Shown: in pieces, positions 1 through 9,741 of the stretch
Position numbering within the stretch: the stretch's first letter is position 1
Layout of the letters: every line of letters begins with the position of its first letter
Source of the DNA: Rhizaria sp. SCN 62-66
Lineage: Eukaryota
NCBI GenBank assembly: GCA_001724265.1
Contig: MEDY01000318.1
Span: 46,025 to 66,024 of the forward strand
Length of the DNA stretch: 20,000 bases
Direction: 5' to 3'
Notes under the pieces: generated by a model
What the model was told of the DNA's origin: nothing
Database searches by the model: none
The model's input: the letters and a program-made list of their open reading frames with translations, nothing else
Translations under genes and position numbers: made by a program

Positions 1-694
1 CGTTGTAGCAAGTCAGAGTCGCGCAAGCACCGGTGTCAACAGCCTCGTTACACAGCGCGCCCTTGAAGAGCGCAGTCGTGCCGTCGGTACCGGTGCGGCA
101 GTTGCACTTAGCCTGGTCGTCCTCGACCGTGCAGCTTGCGGTGTTGACGCTGTTGCACGCGGCGCCCGCGCACGGTGAGACGGAGCAGTCAGAACCGGAC
201 CACGCACCCTTGCACATACACTGGCCCGAAGTATTGTCGCACGTGCCGCCGTTGGCGCACGAGTGCGACAGACCTTCCGCGGGGTCACAAAGCGAGTAAA
301 CCGTGACGGAGGCCGACAATGTCACGGATGTCGAGTAGAACACAGCCACGGTGTACGTGCCGGGAGAGAGACTGTGCGTGGCGGCGCTGATTGAAGTGGA
401 GAGAGCGCCGATGGCGATCTCTTCAATGAGAGAAGGAATCGAGTATCCAGGCAGTGTGAGGAGCACGGAAACCTTAGCGCCAGCGACGGCGGCCGCGTTA
501 GTGGCCCAAGCAACGTCAATGGCGCGAGTGGTCTTGTTCCATGCGACAGTGAGCTCTGAAAGCTTGATGGAGCTGCTACACATTGCGCCAAAGTAACCGG
601 CATTGCAAACGCACGTGGCGAGCACGTTGTCGTACGTCGTGTCGCCCACCTTGAACGACTGGTTGCCAGTACATGTACCACCGTTAGTGGCGCA
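1..694 (-). other. EGF-like modules flanking an FN3/Ig-like module (downstream of the internal TAG)
   Basis: CATNGGTC...CVCNAGYFGAMC (694-578); beta module with VAW..., LSPGTYTVAVFY (~570-296); CANGGTCDNTSGQCMCKGAWSGSDC (259-185); a further C.C....F.G.LC unit (172-50) and another starting CATLTCYN at the edge. Confidence 0.8.
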
Positions 695-3600
695 AGTCGC
701 CTCAGGCGTGTCGCAAGTAACGTAGGCAGGAGGCTTGCTTGCTGTGTCACAGAGGTACGCCGCCGCAGCCACCTTGCTTCCAGACGCGTTCACGAAGGCG
801 CAGTCCGAGGTCTGCGTGCGGATCGACTTGCACAGCGGCGCAGTCGAGGTGGCGCACGTGGCCGACTGCGTGATCCTCCAGCTTGCGGGCTTGGTGCAGT
901 CAGTTGGGACATTGGCGCACGCTTGGGTGAGTGATAGCGAAGCATCCGTGCACAGAGCACTGTCAACAGTGGCGCTCGACGCGGTATCGTAACATACACC
1001 AGTGCGTGTGGCGGCACCGCACGTGACAACCTGGTTGTTGATGTAGCACTGGTCCTCAGTGTTGAACTTCATAGCGCACGTCTCGGTGTTTGATCCACAC
1101 GCCTTCTTCAGCACAGGCGGGTTCTAAGAGACTAAAGAAGGGCAGAGGGCCCCGATGTCAGTGGTGCTCGTCGAGTCGGCAACGCACACAGCAATGCGCT
1201 CCACCGATGGGTTGGTGTGGCAACCGGAGGAGCTGGCGCAGGCGCTATACCCACCGTTGTTGACACAATCAACCGCGGTGTTTGTGGTGCCGGCTGCGTA
1301 GCACTTCCACATAGCATTCGGGCACGAATTGTCGGTGCAAGACAGCGTAAGCGTCGGCTTGGCAGTGGCGCACTTGGCAGTATCAGCGGTGGCCTTGTAC
1401 GCGTTGTTGTTAAGACGCGAGCAGTAAGGTGCATTCAGGGGGCGAGTGCCTGTGCCGCAGTTGTTGCTGCAGGTAGTGCTGAACTGCGTGGCGTCTGAAG
1501 TCGAGCACACAAGGCCTTCGGCAGCAGCGCCGTTGGAAATGCCCGTGCAGCGCCAGTCGTAAATGCAGGCGAGGCCGGGGGTCTCGAGCGAGGAAAAGCC
1601 CGCAGCAAGATCCATTGTGATGGTGCCAACCTTGGCAGGCACAAGTGTGGCAGAGCGGTCGCAGTCGTCTGTCACAGCAAGCGTCAGCGAGAACTGCAGC
1701 GAGCCCTCGGCAGTGGGCAGCTTGTCACTCAGCGGGATCGTGATCACGCCACTCGCAATATGGCCGGTGATCGTAATCGCGGTAAAGCTATGAGAACTCG
1801 CGGTGACACTGATGGGCAGCTCGGAGTTGTCGCTGTAAAGGGCAGCAATAGAGCTGGTAAGCGTAATCTTGCCTTCAGCCGCGCCTTGCTGGAAGGTGAA
1901 GTAAGAAAGCGCAAGAGTGAGGGCCGAAGTGGTGACAGAACTCTTGGTAACCTTAACGCCAGTCACTACAGTGCACACAGCCATGTTGAAATCGGCAGTG
2001 AACGCGCCATGCGAGGTCGCAGTCACCAGTGCAGCATTGGTGGAGAGCGCGAACGAGCTCACGGTCTCGCAAGCCACGGCCGAGTCAAGCGTGGGTCGTA
2101 CAACGAAGGAGCCTTCGGTAGGGAGCTCGGCGTTGCCCGAAAAGGTAAAAGACACGGTTATGGCACCAGTGGCATTATTATACGCGAGGCCCGCAGTGAC
2201 GCCGTCAACAATAGCGTAGTGTTCGTTCAATACTTGCACTTTGGTGATGGACAAGCCAGTGAAAGGGTTTGCGTGGCTCGTGTTGGCGCGCTCAATGGTG
2301 AAGACATTAGTGAGGGCCACCTTGTCCTTGTTAGAGTAGGTAAGCCAGGAGACGACAAAGCCGGAGTTGCCAGTGAGCTTCATTTCGTCGCTCTCAATCG
2401 CAAGCCCAGTGAAGACGGCAGGGCACTGCTTGGAAGTGTACGACGCCGACATCGAGCCCGCTGAAGCAGCGTGCAAAATCACCGACGAGTCGGAACCCGA
2501 AGAGAGAAGGAAGTGGGATGTGACACCGCAGGTTGCACCGGTGCTGAGCTTGAGAGACAGCGTAAGAAGGCCATTGACGGGCATTGGGCTATCCGTCGTG
2601 GGGGCAAATGAAACGATGTAAGCACCGTCGTCGACAATGACGGTGGCAATGCCAGCAACAGAAGCGCCAGCGCTAGTGAGTGTGACAGTGGCGGGAGCTT
2701 CGAGATTGAAGGCGTCACTGCTGCCGTCCGAGGATGCAAAGGAGAAGCTCGACTTGAGCGATACACTCATCTTGTTAATAAACCCGGTCCATGTGAAGAT
2801 GGCGTTGTAGTTATCGCCGTCAATCTCGCTCGTGACGCTGACGCCGCGAAACTCAGCAGGATCGGGGCATACTTCAGTGGACGCAGAGACGGTCAGATCA
2901 GAGCCGGAGAACCCGGAAACGTTGCTCTCATCGACACCAAGAGTGTACTCGCTCGCGAGGCCGCACTTCTGAGATTGAACGGCGTCGAACGAGAAGAAGC
3001 CCGGAGCGGGGATAGTGTTGGTTCCAGTGCCGCTGAACGCAAAGTGGAAGCCAGCGTTGCTAAACGTGACCGCGACATCAACGTTCGCACCGACATTAAT
3101 GGGGGCTGTAGATCCAGAAAGCGCATTGAAAACTGCGGCAGTGCTGCCACTGAACAAGATCGAATAGTCGGAGAAGTCCTCCATGGGAATATTGTCAGTA
3201 TTCTCAAAATCGGTCCAGGAAACGGTAAACGTACTCTCGACAAGCGTAAGTGACATACCGCTAACACTGGGACACGCCGCGGCGCGCGCCTCAGTGGCCA
3301 CCAGAGTCGTATCAATCGAGTTGCTCACAGTGGCGATTGCAGTATTGGCCGAAGAAATGATATAAGAGCCCGTAAAGGTCTGACTGCACGAGTGAGCGGT
3401 TTCGTTGATCTTGGGGACGAAGACAAAATCAGCATCAGCAGGCATCGTGGCGCCGTTAACAATACTAAAGGTGATCGTAATCACACCGGCGATACTCTTG
3501 GCAGTGGCGCGAACGTCGCTGTTCAGCACCACAGTTTCGGGCCCCCACTCGCTGTCGTACACCTGGGTACCAGACTCGAGATTGATCTGCAGAGTCGGAG

Positions 3601-6600
3601 AGGCGGTGTTAAACGTGCTCACGGTGACGCCAGTCCAGCTCACGGCAAGCTTTGCCTTGCCTGCGTCCACAAACGCACTGAGAGCCATGGTGTCAAACGA
3701 GATCGGGCAGTTGGCCCAGACGTACGTGGAGACAAGCGCGTCGTTGTCGCCGTCAATGGGCGCAAACGACGACGAGTCCATCTCGGCGACGAGGAACACT
3801 TCAGACGCGTCGCAGCTATGTGACTGCTGAGAGCGCGGGGGCTCGACGTCGACGTAAGCCGCAGTAGGGAACACAGCAGTTGCGTCAGCGCCGATGTAGA
3901 CAAACGACAGCGTGATGGTAGAGTCAGCGACAACGGCAGTCACGGCCCAGTCGGCGTTGACCGTGCCCGTGGGGTTGTACAGCGCGGCGAGCGCAGAGGC
4001 CGCGTCATCAATGAGCGAGGAACTCATTGTGGCCACGTCAGCATAGGAGATCTTGACCATATTCTCAAATATGGTTGCGTCCGACTTAAAGCCGGTCCAC
4101 GAGAAGCGGAAGCCGACGGAACCTTCGATTGCAGCCAGCGTGTTGTTGACGTCGTCATCGTAGGGCGCGGTGAGGCGCACGCCGGAAAACGCACTGATGC
4201 AGCGGGGTGTGCTGGCAATGAAGTTGACAGCGCCAGACACGACCGGATTGCTGTTATCGACGATGTACATGCCAAGGCCGGTGGTGTCCTCGGGGCTTAG
4301 CTTCTGTGCGGCATTGACAATGTCGCACTTTGCAACGAGCACTGTGTCAAATGAAACAGAGCCCGACGTCGGGAAGGAATCCTGGGTGCCCGTCTGACTA
4401 AACGTAATGTAAAGACCATTGTTGTCATGCGTCAGGTATGCGGCGAACGTGAGCTTGTTTTCTTCAATCAGCACATAAGTTTCGGGGAACTTGGCAGCCT
4501 CGAAAACGACGACCCCCGTAGTTGTGGCAGGGGCAATCCTAAGACTCACCATGGTCTCCTTCAGGGTCAACGAGTCATCGTTACGGTATCCCTGCCACTC
4601 AAGCCTGACGCCTGTGCTCGTCTGCGTGACCGTGACACCCGTCATTGTGGGGCAGGCAGGCGTGCGCACGTCAACCGACAGCAGGGCCATGTTAGTGTTG
4701 ATGATCGTCGCAAAGTCAGTGTTACTCGACTCAAGCGTGATGCTTCCAGTGGAAACCGACGCGCACGTAATCAGAGAGTCGATGAATTCAAGGTTAAAAA
4801 CCATGGTACCCGATAAAGGAAGCGCCGTGCCAGGGGCAGTTGAAAAGGATAGTGTCATAGGGCCGCCGTCGGTAACGATTTTAGCAGTGGCAGGGTAGCT
4901 GGCGTTCGCATTAACAGTCAGATGGAGCGCTTGAGCCTTGAAGAGGCCATTGTTCATCGTCAAGACCAGCTCCGGCGACAGCGGGCTTTCGCTGGCCATC
5001 GTAAGTGACTCCCAACTCACAGTAACTGACGCCGCGCCATTGCTGTCAAGCTCAAACTCCACCTCGGCATTCTTAAAAGTGATAGGGCACCATGACCACA
5101 CGAATTCCACTGAGAGTGACTCGGCAGACTTCTTCAACAAGAGATTGCTTGAGTCCGCGCTGGAAACATTGTGCATGGCAAACGTGTTGCAGGGCATCTC
5201 CTGGGCATCAATACCCGTGATGCGCGTGGGGAAAATGTCAAAATAGCCAGACGCGGGAAAAGTGGCGCCCATTGACTTGGTGACGCTTACAACAAAATTG
5301 CCGGAGTTAGAGTCAAAGCTTGCGGCTGCGGTGATCCCGGCGGCAGGAGTTTTGTCACTTGCGAAGATTGTCACGATGTTGTCAACACCCGTAAAAAAAC
5401 CGGGGTTATCCTCACCGGGAGAAATGACCATGACGTCGTCCCCGTTGAAACCAATGTTATCCTTGAAATTGAGCCATTGTACGCGCAGAGACGCAGTGCC
5501 GGCAGCCGGATTAACGGTATCAGCGTTGACACTGAGCGAAACGGATGAAAATGTGTTGTACTGGCACATCTCCGCCTCGTAGACCGCGGAGGCACCGGCA
5601 TTGTTGTTGGCGTCGGTCACAGAAAGGAACAAAGGATCGGCAGCCTCAAGGCGGTAGTTCGAAGTGGAATCGCAAGCCATTTCCTCCGCATAGCTGGCAA
5701 ATGAGAAGCTACCGGATGTGGGAAAGGCGCCCACCTGAAGTTGTGTGAACGTGAGAATATACTCGCCATCGTCGTACTCAAGCTTGACCACAGTATTTTG
5801 GTCGCCGTCAACTGTCTGATTTGGCGGATTATTCAGGATACCATACAGGGCCGCGTACTCACTCTCAGACGCAGTCTTAATCTTGAGCGGCGAAAGCCGC
5901 GTTACGGGCACGTTACTAGGATTGCTAAAGCCAGTCCACGCGACTGCAATAGAGAGGCCTTCGCCCATCTTAGCGCTGAAGCTCACGCCAGTGATTTGGG
6001 GGCACTCTGCGAGAGTGACAGTGACAGTGGGCTCGCTTGAGACGGCGGTAACATCTGAGTCGGACTCCAGCTTATAGTCACCAACAGTGCTCTTGGAGCA
6101 CATGCCAATCGCTTTCACGGGAACGATGAAGGAGCCCGCTGTGGTGGTGGAGAGCGACTTGTCTTCAGGAATGTCGAACTCAATCATGATATTGTCATCG
6201 GAGATCTCCGCCCAAACGGTGACTCCATCGGAGCCGGTAACATCGGTAGACTCGCCCGTATCAGAATCAAAAATCTTGGCGCCGCCAGTGTTCTTGAGGA
6301 TCAGCATCGGATTAAAGACCTTGTGTGTGTGCACTGACATTGACACGCCGGACCACCCGACGGTGACCTGAGGCACGCCCTGCACCAACGCGGATGTCAA
6401 CGTCACGTCAGCAAAGCTCACCGGGCACAGCTTACCGTGGAACGTAACAGACGAGGAATACAGAACGTCACCTTCACCGCCCGAAACCGTGTACTGTGCG
6501 ACGGTGTCGCAGGGCACGTCCTTGTTGAGCGTCATAACGAGGGTCACATAATTGGAGTCGCTCGGAAAAACCTCGCTACATTGGAAGGAAAGCGTGATTC

Positions 6601-6949
6601 CGCGGTCGCTACTGTCGAATTGCGCCGTAAATGTGCAGTCTTCGGAGGAGAAAGTGGCAGAGGTGATCCCGGTGATCAAGAGAGGATCGTTGTGCGCGTC
6701 CCCAGTGTAGTCAAGGAAGAGTGAGTATTCAAAGTCGGAGCTACTGGTAGGGTCTGAGGTGGCGTCCCAACCGAGAATGAATTTAGAAGAACCGGAAATG
6801 CTTCCGTCGTAATCGTCGGCGAAAGAGAATTCCTCGTATGTCAGACCTGCAGTGGCCGATACGAGACTTGAGAGCGAAAGAAGGACGCTTAACAGCACCA
6901 CAAGGAGACCCAACGAGCACGCCCGCTGAGGACCCCGCCGTGAAGTCAT
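1..6949 (-). CDS. Giant secreted/cell-surface multidomain protein (signal peptide + 12 beta-sandwich-like repeats + TSP1-like + EGF-like + FN3/Ig-like), at least 2316 codons, 3'-truncated by the window, with one internal in-frame TAG at 1124-1126
   Basis: 1941-aa ORF from ATG 6949. Manual codon-by-codon translation past the TAG shows no further stop from 1123 to 2 (NPPVLKKACGSNTETC...CATNGGTC...CVCNAGYFGAMC...CANGGTCDNTSGQCMCKGAWSGSDC...CATLTCYN). The Cys spacing is typical of extracellular domains. Confidence 0.88.
713..1564 (-). repeat. About four thrombospondin type-1 (ADAMTS-like) Cys-rich repeats
   Basis: Pattern W...CS..CG.G.R....C...C...KP....C: YDWRC...CSNNCGTGTR...C...AKCATAKPTLTLSC; MWKC...YSAC...ERIAVC...ALC...*NPPVLKKAC; TCGAATRTGVC...SALC...TQAC; SWRITQSATC...IRTQTSDC...YLCDTASKPPAYVTC. 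Confidence 0.65.
1565..6847 (-). repeat. Twelve diverged tandem protein repeats of ~140-160 aa (beta-rich, two Cys each)
   Basis: Each unit has an early hydrophobic strand ending in W (GWDA, GWSG, AWTG, QWLN, SWES, EWQG, SWTG, SWTG, SWTD, TWTG, SWLT; Y in unit 12). Most have a (F/L/M/I)P-x-x-G-x-hydrophobic motif (FPTSGSFSF, FPASGYFDI, LPLSGTMVF, FPTSGSVSF, IPAPGFFSF, MPVNGLLTL, LPTEGSFVV). Each has one internal Cys and a terminal C(P). Confidence 0.8.
6848..6949 (-). other. Predicted N-terminal signal peptide
   Basis: MTSRRGPQRACSLGLLVVLLSVLLSLSSLVSATA: basic N-region, long hydrophobic core and small-residue cleavage region (SATA). Confidence 0.85.
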
Positions 6950-7029
6950 CTATTATGTGGAGTAAGAAGGCAGTAGGAAAGAAAAGTGGCATAGGAAAAA
7001 CGGAATAGCGTTTGTGGCATGTGTTAGCA
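6950..7029 (-). promoter_or_regulatory. Putative 3' splice acceptor (branch point + polypyrimidine tract + AG) immediately before the start codon
   Basis: Minus strand reads TGCTAAC (7029-7023), then acatgccacaaacgctattccgtttttcctatgccacttttctttcctactgccttcttactccacataatAG|ATG. There is no other AG between the branch motif and the terminal AG. Confidence 0.55.
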
Positions 7030-7145
7030 AAGTGATGAAGTGCGGTTGAGAACAAAACTAAAGGCGCCCGAGCAAGTGAGGTGTGGGGCTGATGTTAGGA
7101 AGGTCATCTCTGAAGAGTCTCGACCAGAATTTGTGTTTTTGACGC

Positions 7146-7153
7146 CTTTTATA
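7146..7153 (-). promoter_or_regulatory. Candidate TATA box
   Basis: TATAAAAG on the minus strand, ~200 bp upstream of ATG 6949, in an AT-rich patch. Confidence 0.35.
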
Positions 7154-8332
7154 TTATGCTGGAAAAAATATCGTTTTTGATTAATATTTTTACGCCCTTG
7201 ATCTACACAAAGAAAAACAGATAAAAATCATTGGATCTCGGCAAACTAGCAACAATACCTCAAGAAGAAATCGGACTCTTCGAAAACCCCTCGCCGACCG
7301 CTGGCCAGCCAGAGCTGCTTGACCAGCAATTGGGCCGCCTGTTCGCCTAAGTCGCCAGGCAGGTCAGCTTGGTTGACTTGGTGTCCAATATAGTGTAGTG
7401 TATATTCATATAAAACAGTGACTTTGAAATATATTATTTAAACAGTTTGGATACACTTGAAAATATGTTGCTTGGAGCTACAACTCCTCATTCTCTGGAA
7501 ATATCTGTCTTAATATGATGAACATCAAGGATATGGGTCGTAAGCCTAGGTAAATGCAAGCGTAATCAGAAGAAGATGGCGGCTAATAGGACTGAGAGTG
7601 TGGCTTTAAGTTGTATTACAGTCTGTTCCTACCTGTGTGATACGTTTGACTCGGATCAATTGTAATCATTTGCGCGTTTTCACCGCAAAGAGCGCAACAT
7701 CGACAGTACGAAACTCTCTTAACGGTGGATAACGGAGTGCAAATTGTTTAAATGTCAGCAACTGTATAGTATGTCATTAATAATGCGTGTTGTCTCTTTT
7801 AAAATTGCGTTTATTTGCAAAGCGCTGTAGATCACACCTGCAATACGTGTGATCTTGCAATTCGAGACCACAAAAAACGTTTGTGGCTGGCAGGGTTGCG
7901 GCAGCAGCTCCTGTCAGTGAAAAATCTGCGTTGCACGGTCAACAGAAACGTTGGGGCTACCTCAACCAGTTAACACGCTCGCTGTTTTTGTGCGTATGCC
8001 TGACGCATATTATGACTTGTACGCTTAGATCTCTTTTAGTATTCGGCCACGCTCTTGTTCTGCGCCGGTATCATGTCATTCTCACAGAGACGGGAGAGGA
8101 TTGGATATAACACGAGCCTCTTCACAAAGCCACATCTAGCGAGCACACACAGCCTTCAAGAAGTCCACCCTCTTATATTTTACCCTGTTTCATATTGCTC
8201 CCAACTCATATTTGCTTAACTTCCTTCCTTGAAGTGTGAAAACCCTTCAGACCGGTTCGAACTGCATACTGCACGTGACTCGCCCCCTCCTCTCTTCGGT
8301 TCTTTCCTGTGCGCCCCCGTCGCTCCCGCTCA

Positions 8333-9709
8333 ATGTCCTTTACCGCAGCGGGAGCCTCCCCGCACTCTGGCTCCGATCGACTACCGCGCCAAGCCTTGGG
8401 GCCTTCGGTGCCGCCTCCAACAGCTTCCAGAACTGCGGTGAACGTCGAGCCCTCCACAACCACGTCATCCCGCGGCAACACCACCGCCGCCAAGAAAGAC
8501 ATCGGGCGCCACAGTGAGCATCACGACGATGACGATGACGACGACGACGACGACCATGATCACGACGACGACAATGACCACGATGCAGCCCACGGCGGTG
8601 GCTTCAAGCGTCGCTCCAGCATGCTTTCCAACTGCTACACCATCACCACTGCTGCCTTTCTCACCACCCTCGTCGCCTTCGCGGTCCTCATCCTCGCCAC
8701 CCTCGCGCCCTCGTCGGCAGACGACGCGCTCTCCGGCGCCGCCGCTACGTCCGCCTTGCCCGATATGGCCACCGCCTCTCTGACAGACGTTCTCTCCGCC
8801 TTCGCCGCACGCTTCGCCTCCACAGCCTCGGCCTCGCTGCCGGCGCCCGCCGCGCACGACCTTGCCGCGCTGGCGCTGCTGACTCACCTCGCCGTCGTCC
8901 CGCTGACGCACCTCATTGTCGGCCGCCGCCGCTACCGCTCTGCCTGGTCGTTCTGGCAACCGTTCGCCGGCGGTGCGCGTTTCGTGCTGCTGCAGGCGCT
9001 CGCGTGGACCGCCTACGGGCTGGTGTTCGCCGCCGTGCTGTTGGGGCTGTACCGCGGCGTCCAGACCGTGACCGTGGCCGCACTGCGCTCGCTGGGACTG
9101 GGCGGGGTGATTGCGCAGACGCTCGTGCTCGTGTCGATCCACTACTGGTACAATAAGGGCGAGCGGCACTTGTCGGACTTCACGCAGAGGCAAACGGCCG
9201 CCGCGGTCAAGACGCGCGCCGTCGCCAGCAACGACCTCGTTAAGGGCAATCTCGCAAAGAGCAAGACCACTGCCAGCAGCAAGAGCACCGACTCCAGTCG
9301 GAGTGAGAGTGCCGCTCTCGGCAGCGGCGACCGCGCTCACGACAGCAAGCTCTCTGTCGGCGTCGCCGCTGCCGCTGTCCCTGAAGACGAGGGCGAGTCC
9401 GAGGGCCCGGTGACTGGTCGGGCACGTGGGGATAGCAAGGCCAAACGGCTACGTCGCCGCGCGCGCCGCGCCGCTGCTGTGGCCGCCGCCGCCGCACAGG
9501 CCGCCGACGCCGCCGCCGCCGCCGCGGCCACGCTCGCCGCTGTGGCCGAGGCTGGGACCGACGTCGCAGTTAGCAACGACGCTGCCGAGTCTGGCGGTCA
9601 GACAGGCAAGAGCAGCAGCTTTGGCTCGCAAAGCATCATCACAAACGCCACTGACGCTCCCCACGCTGTGACTGCCGGTGCAGCCAGTGCTGCGAAAGCT
9701 GCTATTCCG

Positions 9710-9741
<32 letters not shown>

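Noticed and set aside
1124-1189. 66-nt GT-AG intron (GTGTGC...CACTGAC...cttctttagtctctTAG) that would remove the TAG in frame
   Set aside because: It has a branch-like CTGAC and a pyrimidine run, but splicing would delete VCVADSTSTTDIGALC, whose two Cys match the neighbouring repeat (VCYDTASSATVDSALC). Disfavoured but not excluded without cDNA. The 9-nt GTCTCTTAG is too short to be a spliceosomal intron.
13-6724. Numerous short plus-strand and alternate-frame ORFs overlapping the surface-protein gene
   Set aside because: Shadow ORFs from GC-rich codon bias; Arg/Ser/Pro-rich or antisense-mirror composition, no motifs.
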